A stretch of DNA of 62,970 nt, filler included, from Hausera hauseri (Eukaryota): NCBI GenBank assembly GCA_046269625.1. It is 12 parts of 12 records of this genome, joined end to end, with 100 filler letters (N's around TTAATTAATTAA, not from the genome) between each part and the next. Parts side by side here need not be neighbours in the genome. Positions count along the whole stretch, not along the records: positions 34,742 to 39,361 come from JBJURY010501131.1; positions 39,462 to 48,700 come from JBJURY010421030.1; positions 48,801 to 52,765 come from JBJURY010853077.1; 9 more parts are not named here. One strand, 5' to 3'. Shown here one piece after another: positions 37,800 to 50,146 of this stretch (positions are counted from its first letter, which is position 1; each line of letters begins with the position of its first letter). The translations under genes were made by a program, and so were the position numbers. The notes below the pieces were generated by a model, which was not told the origin of the DNA, did not search any database, and worked only from the letters and a program-made list of their open reading frames with translations.

Positions 37800-39200
37800 C
37801 CACACAAAGCGCTTCAATCACCTCAACACAACACACTCTCCTTACGCATTCACCATGCACCGAATACTTCCTCGACAGTCAAAACTCTACTCAAACTTGG
37901 CCAAAACTGCACCAAATTTGGCTCCTATCACAAAACGTCGTCGACTCTTTATCCAAAGCCAACAGCCTTTTTTTTACTTACCAGTTTCCATCAAAATTAA
38001 AATAACCAATATTATCGATATCCTTCAGCACACCGATCAATATGCTCAACTTTACAATGTTGTTCTCAAGCTTACTAAATTTTCAATAGACTCCATCATT
38101 CAAAGCTTCTTCAACGATAACGCCATGAGCCTTCAGAAGCCTTCTGAATTCTGACGTACATCCTTTTCTCACCTCAACACCCTTGGCTTGACATCTGAGT
38201 ATAGTCCAGAACTTGTTTGCCGCTATTTTCTAAATGCATTGTCCCTTCAAATAAGAGCTTTGCCTATTGTGGTCGAAGACTCCACGGCTCTGGAAAAGCT
38301 AACCGAACTGGCAGACAAGGCATATGAAGTACTGCACTCACACACAACACCAACTGTCCCTGCAGCATTGACAACAGACCAACAACAACAAAATGCAATG
38401 GTGCAACAATAAATTGCGCAATTATGCACGGAAAATGAAAAGTTACAGAAGACAATCAACAATATAAACGAAAAATTATACGAATTAACGCTGCCACGAC
38501 GGGTTTTTTTTAGAACTGCTTTCCTTAATGTATTTAATCAACGTCAAAGACGGCCGCCTTCGCCCGCGCGGTCATCTATTTGGTATTATCATAGCAAATT
38601 TGGTAACAATGCTCAGAAATGCTTCATCGGTTGCAAATTTTACTCCACCGATTTCAATACAAGCAACATCGTTTGCATCTATCACTCAAAATTTGTCACA
38701 AAAGCACAAAAATGCCTACCTGTCTGTACCTACAACAAACACAATAAAGCCAACACTACTAAATGCACACAGCACAGTAGGCCAAATTCACCAGCTACAA
38801 AAAACTGATTTCGCCGCCAAGACACAAGGCAAGTCCTAGTAAAGGCATTAACTTGCAAAAAGTTAGCCGACACATTTCTTTTACTGTATTTACGTTGGAA
38901 GCAGCAATCGTCATTCCAACAAAGCAAAACATTAACTTTCTTATAGACACCGGCGTAGCAATCTCTTTACTACCACCAACACAACACATCCAAAACAATT
39001 ACACTTCACAAAAGCAACTGTCACTGCGTCCGGTGAACCTTTACAAATTTTGGAGTTACCAAATTAACATTCCCTCTTTCACACCTTCCAAACACATGCA
39101 CATGGAAATTTACAATAGCCAATGTACGCACACCTATATTTGGTTCAGACTTTCTGTCCCATTACAATTTACTTGTAAATTGCAAGCGATGTTCCTTAAA
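37800..39200 (+). mobile_element. Ty3/gypsy gag-protease remnant with CHCC gag motifs (CsRn1-like)
   Basis: QKPSEF..LEKLTELADK; WYYHSKFGNNAQKCFIGC and CIYHSKFVTKAQKCLPVC; FLIDTGVAISLLP. Confidence 0.8.
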
Positions 39201-40249
39201 ATGCAGAAATAATCTTAATCAAATTAGATGCATTTCGGTGATCACCCCGTCGATCGCGTCCAGTAAGTCAATACTAAAGCAAATGACTTCCGATTTAAAT
39301 TATTTTTACAATCATACATTATACAGAAATTTTTACTACGGTGACAAATGCGATATTGCCANNNNNNNNNNNNNNNNNNNNNNNNNNNNNNNNNNNNNNN
39401 NNNNNTTAATTAATTAANNNNNNNNNNNNNNNNNNNNNNNNNNNNNNNNNNNNNNNNNNNNTTTCTACAACTGGTGTTTACTTTTCAATGAGTAATTTCA
39501 AACGATCCAATTCTGATTCAGCAGACATACCAGAGGGCAAATATTTTCCAAGCTGAGCGATGATGTGGATGGCGTGGATGCTCACGCTGCCAACACAAGC
39601 GTCTACTTGCTTGTACGAGCCACGCTTTTTAGGCATACTTGGAGATACGGCGACAGATGAGGCACACAGACACTGCTTCAGAATAGGCAAAAGTCGAAAA
39701 TTCCATCTAAAAATACATCCGCCTAAGACTATATAACATACTAGTTTGGTGTACTCTCAAAATTCAGCATTCAAAAAAAGTTTTTAAGTCAATTCATAAT
39801 TTTTGATAGTAGATCACAAGGCTACTCTCATTTGAGATTTACATCCTAGTCTACTCCCAAATTTTGAGAGTTGACATGGACACTTGTACAGAGAAAATCA
39901 TAAATATATGCACTGAACTATGGGTGTAGCGCCGCCAAAATAAATAATACAAATTTTAATGTGTAATTTTTCATGATACCAGTTGATATATAAATACATA
40001 CCTTGTATAGAGTCGAAAAATATACCATCAATACTTTAAAAATATTGCATAATCAATTTTTAAAAACATATTACATAATATACCAAGGTCACTACACACC
40101 ATAAAGTTATACACTAACGCACATCAACTTAAAAATGACAATTATGAACTTTCGTTTACAGTAGTATTTATAGAAAATTTCTAACAATGATAAATTTTAA
40201 TACTTATCCAAGAAATATATTTGTAAATGAAATATTTTATTTTAACATT

Positions 40250-41181
40250 AATTAGTTTCCTAAATTCGTTTATTTCGCTGATTACTGAAATGGTGTATGC
40301 CTCAAAGTAAGTTATCTTTAGAGATCTTTCATTTCTAGGTTGAGGCCGCATTGCGTACAATCTCGACTTGATTATTGAGAATACCTTCTCAATAGGATTG
40401 AATTGAGGACAATACGGCGGTAAAAACAGAAATTTTATTCTGTTGGCGAGAAAAATGGCAAAATCTCAAATCACTTGTGGAAGGCACACTTATCCATGAT
40501 GAGTGGAGTATTTCGATTAAAAAGACATTTCTTGGCAAAACTTTTAAGAATGCCAGGAAAATGTCTATTGTATCCTATCTGAAAAGGTGAAATGCTTAAT
40601 TTTTTCTTCAGAAATGCGCAACACAAGTTGCATCCACGGATTACTTAACTTTTGACCAGCCGTATCCAGTGCCATCACTAATTTTGAAGCTGCTTTCATC
40701 CAAGTATAGCAGCTTCATACTTTTGTATATGCCGTCGAAGAAATTCAGCATATTTTGCTCTGTTGGTGATTGCGGCATGTCAGGCATTTCTCAAAGCGGC
40801 TTGTTACTCGTTTTCACGTGAAGCCTACTTGAATATTCTTAGAGTTGACAATGAATAATCTAATCCCTGATTTGCGAATTGTTCCCGAACAGCAATTTGC
40901 GACAGTGTGCAATCTGTTTTTCTTACATCTCTGACGACGCTTACAGCTTCTATATGTGTACAGGGTTTTCTGCCCGTTTTTTGTAAATGTGGTCAAAATT
41001 TTACCCAGAGTCTTATTTTTTTCAGAAGACCGTGTACGTATCGTTCGGATAGATCGCAGCAGTAGGCAATTATTTCTGGATCCAATACGCAACTATGCGT
41101 TCTTTTTAGTACATCAAAAGTTTTCTTCGTAACGAATTTTCCGTTCTTCCTAAACTCAGTAGGACATGTGAAGTTTGCCAT
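40250..41181 (-). mobile_element. IS630/Tc1-family transposase pseudogene
   Basis: LIMDKCAFHK and LFLPPYCPQFNPIEKVFSIIK; upstream HTH-like region. Confidence 0.75.
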
Positions 41182-41630
41182 TTTTACACAAACAATTTAC
41201 TAGTGTGTACAGCTAAATGAGTATAGAAAATAAAATGAATGCAATTATTAAATTTTGATTTCATTTGAATCGTTAATGAAACATTTAACATGTCAGATTA
41301 GCAAATACTGTAATTTACCACCAAACTGCATTGCGAAGGAGAATATGGTACAAGTGCTGACGCATTCTGTGTCCTAAAACGTTTTAAAATAAACCATGCG
41401 TAATATAGGAAAATCAGTGTGAGTCATCTATGGTTCGCTATATCACTGAAAACTATATATACATAAATCTGTTCTTAATGTCCTCTGAGTTTCACATTTT
41501 CCCTACGATTTTCATACAAGACTGTCAAATGAGGCACAAAAATTAGTGCAATTAAATTATTCGACCATAATTTACTCCTGACCATTTCCTCTATAATGGA
41601 TGAATGCACAGTTTATGTCATTTTGGTTGT

Positions 41631-42498
41631 TACGAGGGCAATTCAGAAATTAACTTCCTCTTGTTTATTTCAGAAGTACAAATATTATGAAAAGTCAGTA
41701 TTATACAAAAACGTTACACTTCTCCAAATAATCTCCAGCAGCATTTAGGCATTGATCGTACCTTGGCACAAGCTTTTGGATACTGTCGTCAAATACCTCA
41801 GCCACCAGCACATGCAGCCATTTCTGACAGACTTCCTTGGTCTCTGCATTAATGAACTTGACTTACGTTTCGTCCCCAGTCACAATTTTGTTCAATAAAT
41901 TGTCCGTTTCTTTCAGATATCGCTGAAGAAAAGTCAAGGCGTCGCCACCCTTTGATTTCTGGACGTCATAAAGCTGTTTTGGAACCCATCTTGCACAGTA
42001 CTTATGAAAATCCAATTTGTTGGTAACGATTCCGTAGAGTTGGCTTTGAAATTTGTGGAAATTCCACCGATAGTTCAGAAAGTGAAAAGATGTCTAACAC
42101 GCACCATTTGTTCGACGTCACGAACACGTTCATCAATGACAATAGAATGAAGCCCTTTTCCTCCTTCGTCATGCACATCTGTACGTCGCTCCTTAAACTT
42201 CCTGCACCGGTCCCTTGCAGCACTATTGCTCATCACAGTTTCATCATAAACAACACTCAATCGACGATGGAAACTTGCAGTATTAAGACCTGCTTGCAGA
42301 AAACGAATCACTGCATGAACTTCACAGTTGGCGGGAGATTTAATCACAGGCTCCATCAAACTTTACATAAATCGATTCAGCTTTTTAATTTAAATAAACA
42401 AATGCTTGCTAATAGATACTGCGCATGCGTAGCATCATTTTTAGAACAATTCTTTTTTAAACAACAAATCATATGTTAATTTTTGAATTGCCCTCGTA
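41631..42498 (-). mobile_element. Internally deleted mariner element with intact TIRs
   Basis: TACGAGGGCAATTCA(G/A)AAATTAAC inverted at both ends (23/24 match, TA probably the TSD); EVHAVIRFL, CARWVPKQL, IVTGDET, GIQKLVPRYDQCLN. Confidence 0.92.
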
Positions 42499-42559
42499 TT
42501 TAATTTCAATAACTTAAAAAGGGAATTTTCCAATAAAATTCATTCTACCTGATTCTTTA

Positions 42560-43010
42560 CAATCAGCTTATGTAGCATTGTTCGATGAATTCAGAAATTG
42601 GTAACTGTTTTCATTGTTTTTAAAAATGTAAATCTGTTACAGACGTTTATAGTTACTACTGTAAACAAAAGTTCATAATTGTCATTGAATGTTTGAATTA
42701 GTTCATCTATATTCTTTGTTGATATCTGCTGTTGCATGGTCTGAATAGCATTGAAAAGTCCAAGGTCGAGAACATTCAAATCAGGCCCGTTAGGAGGTTG
42801 GTATTTTAATTTTATATTCCGATCCCTTGAACACCTGCAGTTACTATATCTTCATTATCAATTGCCAAATGAGGCTTTGCGTTGTCTTGTTGGATAATAA
42901 TGGGATTCCGTTTGAAGCTGAGAGGAAACTTTTCATGAATGGCAGAATTAATATTTTCAATCATCTTAATTTCATCTCTACGGATTCTATAGCTATAGTA
43001 ACTTACCGTC
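42560..43010 (-). mobile_element. DD39D-like mariner transposase remnant
   Basis: IIIQQDNAKPH...YQPPNGPDLNVLDLGLFNAIQ. Confidence 0.75.
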
Positions 43011-46000
43011 ACATTTTTTATTATTTTATTAAGATGAGGATGCCAAAGGAAAAGAATTAAAAGAACCTCAACTTTAAGTTAAATCCTATCGTAGACAACA
43101 TTCAAATTCATGAATGTTATAAACAGATGTTATATGTTGGGGTGCCCTTACACAACTCCCTCTATATAACAATAATTGAAAATTCAATTTTATTTTTGTT
43201 ATGCAGTTAAGGATTACTCGTTCTCGAGTAACCAGATTTGTGCATTATATACTTTAAATATTTATTCAACTAACGCGCGTATTTAGTGCAGTCCTTTGCT
43301 CAATTTAAACGATTCTTGTCTTAGTTATATATTTTAAGTAATATTTTGACCCCACTGTAGTCTAATTACCCTAACTATAAGATAATTTGAACAAAAAAAT
43401 TTACTTCAGAAAAATCAAATCCTCACAGACTTACGATGTGAGTGCTTTTGTTTATAAAGAATTTGGAATCCACAAATTAAACAGTTGATTCCTCTTCAGT
43501 GTTCACAAGAATGTCGTCAGTAATTTGTTTTTCGAATTACAATGCGTTTAAGTGTTACGTTCAAGTGTTACGTATTCCGATTTGCTCGAAACTTCTGAAT
43601 TATTCGTCTAGAATTTCGAAACTTCAATGACCCTATGTCAATTCGGTTTTTACTGATTAGTTTGCTGGAAATTAGTGCATTGATCTACTTTTTTACGGTT
43701 GCTTGTATACAGTTTGTCCGATTTCATTCATGACAATTAGAATTTTTCCAACTAATTTTGGTTATTTGTGAATTATTATAAATAATTCCAATTTGATAAT
43801 AATTTCCTCACTGTACAACTCGTTTAAGTAACACATTCTTGACTGCATAATTGATAATTAATGATTTTATTACGATACAATAATTTCGAAATTCATACGT
43901 AAAATGTTTAAATTCTGTTTATACGCTAATACTATTTACAGCGTTACATTTCGATCTAGCTCGGCTAATTTTACGTCATACGCAACAAGATACGCAGGAC
44001 GTAGAGCCACTAAGCCCATATATCTCAAGACAATAATTATGCTCTATAGTACTAAGATATTCACCTGAGAACTTCGTCTTGACGAATATTAAAGTTGAGG
44101 AGCTGAAGCAAAGCTGCCTCAGCTGAGAAATGAAGAAAAATGCTCTAGCTTATATAGTAATTTAAACAAAATTAAAACAAAAATGAAAAAACTTTGACTT
44201 TGTTAAAATATTCATGATTATTTAACAATCAACAGAATTTAATGCTAATTCTGAACAAACCTAATAAATACTGATTTAACGTCAATTTTCAATTAAATAA
44301 TTCGGTAAATCTTATACTAAATATTAACATGCTAAGAAAACTTTAGTAAGGTTGTATTTTTCAAGTGTTCATTTGGGTATCGAGTAATATAAATGAATGA
44401 ATATAAATGTAATCCACCGTTTTTTGCTGACACTTCTGATAAAATTAAATACTGCAAAATTTTCCGTTTGAACTTTGTCAAGGTCGTGTGATGCGCTGGG
44501 GTGTTGCGTAGTCGATTATGCTAAACGTAAACTTTCTCGTTTCTTATTTTCGATTAAGCAAATTGACAAACTGTCCTTCACTGAAATGGGATATACTCAT
44601 TAATCTGTCATCGATTGGTGTTTCTTCGGCCAATTAGATTTATGAAGAGTTACGGAAGATTTTTCAGTCGTTAGAAATGACTTTTACTGAGCAGCGCAAG
44701 AAACAATGTGAAGGAGTAATTGGAAGGGAGGATGTGAACAGGGGGATGTTACTATGGAAACCCGTTGATCACAATCAGCGCGCCAACACCCAAACCCACC
44801 CGAAAAATGGCTGCATACGTTGGAGAGAATATTACACTTAACAACAAAACCATTATCCAGATTAATTCAAGGGATAACATCAGCAATATTAAGGGTCAAT
44901 TTAAGACACCAAGCATCAATGAGAAAAAAACGTATATAAAAACAATACAATATAAAAGACGGTAAATACCATACATGGAAAACAGACTTATTCAAACAAC
45001 GTAAAAAACCACAAACTATAGGGCTACCAAGAATAAAAGCAAAAGACAACGGGAAATTTAAACAAAAAAAAATACTAAACTCGATGAACAACCAGGAAAA
45101 TCAACAGGCGGACCAACACCATACGTAAGTCAATTAAAAACACCGGTAACTAACAAAAAACTATACACACCTAAAAACACCTGAGCAATATAGAAATCCG
45201 TCATATATAGAAATAGAAGAAAGTTCTACAGCTGGTTCTATGAAATGGCGAAAAGAACAATCAGACAAATAGGCAGAATTAGACAAAGGTCAGCCAATCA
45301 CAAGGCGACACGACAGAATACCAAAAGCAAAACAAACATCTAAATTTAAAAAAGAAATAGAAATGCAAAAAATTGACGAAAAAACACCACGATTACCACA
45401 AATAAATAAAACAGTAAACAAAAAAAGTTAATAGCCACAGGAGGAGGAAATTTCGGATAAGGAAAAGCTTTAGGAACATGTTTTGGCCTAGGAATTAAAA
45501 AACTTATGGAACACGAAATGAAAAAGACATTTAGAAAGACGGAAAAGAACAACCAATAGAAAAAAACAAGACATAATAAACACATAAAAAACATGATTCA
45601 AACTACGATATACTCAAACAAGATGAATATAACAAAAAAAAGTTATAACCCGCCGAAAGTTACGCAAATCGAACTGGAAGTTGCAAAATTGTGAAATTGC
45701 GCAAGGTGACCTTCTTGACGCAGAACATACACTTTTACCCTACTGTCTTATAATGAAATTGTATTTTATTCTTCGTTCTATTTCATACCGTGTTTCATTA
45801 TAACATCGTAAATGATCATACATGGAGCGAATAATTGAACATGTTCTGATACGGTTCTTGGTAATTTGGCTTCAGGTAAAATTTTAGATTCGTAAAGTTC
45901 ACTGCTTAAAATCGCATCAGTTAATTGTTCAAGAAGATTGATAATATTGACATCCTTTTGAATTCACTTTTAAGATGTACATTTCGACAGTATGTTAATA

Positions 46001-46302
46001 GTTGATTCACATGCATCAAACGGTTTTTCATCTGAACTTTTAGAATCCTGTAAAAACGAGAGCATGTAGAAAATTAAATTCTACACTTACACTGGTCAAC
46101 ACGCTTGTTGTTTTAACAGTTTTTGGTGTCTCAAATAGACATTTTGATGCTGATCTCTAATGATTTCGAAAATTTTCCATTACGCAAGGAGGCCTAATTG
46201 TGAAGTTTTGAAACATAATTGCAAGAACTTTGATTTTCTTACAGTACCTTATAGTATCTTTCATGATATTTTAGATTAAAGTCGTATTTTTGATGGTCAT
46301 AA

Positions 46303-47013
46303 TCAACTAACATAGTAGCAACTCACTTTATTAAAGTACAATGCACCAAGAAATGGTATGATATGCTAAAACTTGCCCAGCACGTCCAGGAAAATCCAGG
46401 CCCGGTCGCAAAATTCAACGCTGCTACCATGGCAATGCTGCCTTATTTAAATAGCAGCAGAAATGAGTGTTTCTTTGTTATTTTCTGGGCAAATAAACAT
46501 TCCATACCAGTAGAACATTCGAGTTTCAATACTAAAATGTCGCGTCAGTGTCGCAATAGCCGTGAGTTGCCAATCCATGAAGGGTATGATATAATTTTAC
46601 AATGTTAGTAAGTAAAGTATAATCTACGCAAATGCATAATGAAACAAACTAAGAACACTGCTTATAGAACTAGAAATGACCTTGAAACTGATTAAATAAA
46701 ACAAAACACAGAGGAAGCATACATTTACATAACGAGTAATGATAACGGCATGCGAAACTGCAAATAGCATGCAAAATCAGATGACTGGATATCGTCTATG
46801 TTCATAGGTATATCCAATGGTTCAGACTGCACCAAGGGAATACATACCATTATATTATCACGAATAACATTTACACCGGTATCCAGAGGAGTAGGGAAAA
46901 TCTCAGGCGAGAAACACGCGTGTCTTTTTGTGATAAAGACTTCTGACTCTGATCAAGTAGAGACGGCGAATATTCTGGAGTTACAGGCCGAACAATATGA
47001 GGAATATGCATAA
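46303..47013 (+). pseudogene. Disrupted unknown ORF(s) containing a degenerate 2A/StopGo motif
   Basis: KKWYDMLKLAQHVQENPGP at 46348-46407; downstream frames 46363-46608 and 46798-47013. Confidence 0.45.
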
Positions 47014-47051
47014 TAACAATATTGGTTTCTTGAGAAGCAATACATGCCGCC

Positions 47052-47560
47052 TTACGTTTTTTCAACTGCGAGAATGGCAGGTTGTTTTCTGCCAAATTTA
47101 CAAAACTTCTGCCACCACGACCCTACACGAAGTACTCCATATTTCGATATACAAGCTTCCCTAGTCAATAAGTCCATGCTACTAGGACAGAACTTATCTT
47201 CCGAGTTAAACGTAAAAATACATAGCACATTACAGGGAATGCTAGCTGTACCAGAGAATACGAATACTTCGATCAACGCCTTCCCTGTACTGAAGTAAAG
47301 TAAGGAAATCGTCAGTTGGAACATTAAAGACCGAAATATCGTCGAACACGCTTAAGTCATATGAAGAATCCCAATTAGTTGGTATCTTATTCATGGACTT
47401 GATAACCAATGGTTTTTTACTATGACTACGGGCAAAGCTTGTTTTACCTGTAGCAGTACTGTCGAAAATCAGCGCATTATCTATTTCCCTAAACAAGTCG
47501 AAAACGAAGGGATTCATATGACTTCATAGATAAGACCTCTTCCTGAAATTTAGTCGCAAA
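47052..47560 (-). pseudogene. Superfamily 3 helicase domain resembling CRESS-DNA virus Rep
   Basis: Walker A LIFDSTATGKTSFARSH, KPLVIK, Walker B YDLSVFDD, then after a frameshift TASIPCNVLCIFTFN (motif C). Confidence 0.72.
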
Positions 47561-47644
47561 ATCGGGATAATACGCCAAATTTATTAACAAAATCCTGGTA
47601 ATTATTCCGCCAGAAGACGTCTTTGAAGACGATGGGATGCTTAA

Positions 47645-48700
47645 GTCATTCAAAAACTAAGCCTCCATTTTCCCTAACACAATCAATAAAAGGTACTTGT
47701 TCAAACAGGCTAGTTAATTTCTCAAAATAAATCCAAGTCAAATTCGCACATGGTAAAATTTGAGATAAAGCCCAGCCGTACAGATTATTTACATCTATAT
47801 ACAAGAGACTGGTGCTTTTGTCGGTGGTAACTCTGCTTATTTACAAAAGTCAAGCCACCGCGAATACTCGACTAAAAGAACTGATACATTGCAAGGTTCT
47901 TGTATAAGCTCAATCTTACAAGGACTTGATTTCAGTGCTGTTCCCCAAGATAAAACAGGAACAGAAACGAAATTAACTGCCTCTAAACCATATCGCAACT
48001 TAACCTCTTCTAAACCGCCCAAAAACATCATCTAACAAGTATACATCGAGTTTCATGTATACCAACACGTAATCTAAAAGACAGGTACAACTGTATTTCG
48101 TCAAAGTCATTTGTGCTTCCACATAACCCGTATCACTAACTCTATCCCATTTCGGTTGCAACTTCTTAATAGACTGCAAGTCATTGAAAGATTTAGCTGC
48201 AGTATATAGAAAAATACCTTTTCCATTAATAATTTCAGAAGGAAAAGCCGATTCTGTGAATGATTAAATACCTAAGTTGGAAGCCAAAGTCTTCAATGGA
48301 GCCGGTAGAAATTGCAAAGTGTCCAGAAATTTAATAGTAACCGACTTTTTACCCAAACATCTTATCATTGCAAACAGTCAAAATTTTTTCAGTCGTTTGT
48401 GGAATAGCATTTAACTCCCAACTGCTGAATTTACTTAATGCGTGTTTTAAAATATGATGAAGATCGTATACATGCAAATTATGAAACATAACGGGTAAAT
48501 TATATCTAATCTAACGCGTCAAGTTACATTTGTTGCAAGCTGGATCTGAGAATTTACCTGTAACATGGCAGTGATCTAGAACAAAGTCAGATCCGTTTTC
48601 GTGGCAAAGGTAACAAGCTGTTACATTTTTAAACCTATACCATTCAGCAGAAGTTAACGGGATCATCGGTTTTTTAGCATTCTCGTAGAAAGGAAAAACT
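47645..48700 (-). pseudogene. polB: pPolB fragment (ExoII to motif A), truncated after motif A
   Basis: CYLCHE..VLDHCHVTGKFSDPACNKCNL; PVMFHNLHVYDLHHI; KFLDTLQFL; KGIF; YMKLDVYLL; LLYIDVNNLYGWALSQILP. Confidence 0.9.
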
Positions 48701-48800
48701 NNNNNNNNNNNNNNNNNNNNNNNNNNNNNNNNNNNNNNNNNNNNTTAATTAATTAANNNNNNNNNNNNNNNNNNNNNNNNNNNNNNNNNNNNNNNNNNNN

Positions 48801-50146
48801 CTATAATCTTCCAAATCAGCATCGCACATCTGCAGGGGATAGAATTTGTCCGCCTCATCCAATCCAAAGATATTGATGGACATGTTGTTGACTTTTCCAA
48901 ATTGTCTAACTTCACCTATGAATGGAGGGAACTTGATACATCGGAAGTCATAGTTGTGCTGTACATCCTTATACAGCCAAACTCGTGAAGCATGATTTTG
49001 TTCCATTACGAGTTTTGATAGAATGGCATACATGAAACACATGTTGTCGTTATTATGGACATTGACGAATGTTCTTTTATTACCGATCCAATCAGGTAGC
49101 TGAATATATGAACTGCCCCGCATGGAAGAATACTTGTGTATATACACAATCAACATCTTAATGATTGCAAGAGTCCATCCGCTTTTCTTATCCTGGCTTT
49201 CCCCGGCTTCACGGATCAGCTTTTCATGCGCCTCTTGCATCCATTCTGCTAAATTGGTGTATTCCCATATGTGTCTATTTTTGGTCTTGAAGGCCCTATT
49301 AGATTCTTGGCCATCAGCATTGATATATGTGGCGTCCAGTTTCATATTGACCTTAAAGGCTTTGAGCTCAGCCATGTTGTCCTGAAGAATTCCCCCTGTC
49401 TCGTCTTTTGTGTTTAAGAGGAAATCTCGGAGGGTTGTTTGGTACGTTGCATCAATAAAATATCTGCGGCATTTTCTCTTATAGCTGCCGCATCAACTGG
49501 CCGCTCTCTTTAGCTTTTTGATGAAGCATCTTCTGATGCTGCTGCGCTTTTTAGTCCTGTATCGGGCCTTGCTGCCAAAGGAGGCTGTACAACGGGCTCT
49601 GCTGCCGCAGCATTCTGTTCTGCCAAAGACGTCTGTACTGTCAAAGCAGGATGCTACTCATTAAATATTACCTTCTTTGACTTTGACTAGAAGTCTGTCA
49701 AATGGGCAATACGATCTTCGTAAAACTGCATGTATTCTCCATGACATACTGCCTCACATCCTGAGCAAATATAATAGAGGATCCTATTGAATTTTATCCA
49801 TTATAGCGCCTCATAATATTATGGCACATGTGCAATACATGTATGAACTGCATCTTTAATTTTTCTTAGGCATGAAAATCATTATTGACATAGTGGTATT
49901 GAATATATGTTTTCTCTACTTGGTGAAGGAAATCAAGTGTTGTTTATGGGCATTGTAAAAGTCTTCATATTTGGTCTGGCACACAACCTCATATGTAGGG
50001 CTTATATAATACTTAGCCCTGAAGTGTTTCTGCATAATATTGTGGCAATTTTCAGGCCCGTGAATTTGAGCCAAGCACTGTTTATATAGATTGCACATCT
50101 AAAAATCAGCAAATTATTTGAGGAGCACAAATAAAAATCTCACCAT
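48801..50146 (-). pseudogene. polB: N-terminal region of Maverick pPolB, including two Cys/His repeats
   Basis: KSGWTLAIIKMLIVYIHKYSSMRGSSYIQLPDWIGNKRTFVNVHNNDNMCFMYAILS..NNMSINIFG; upstream repeats at 49660-50098. Confidence 0.85.

Noticed and set aside
44765-45700. A-rich, Lys-rich broken frames as a viral gene linked to the helicase locus
   Set aside because: No motif recognised; strong compositional bias and many stops, so it cannot be assigned.
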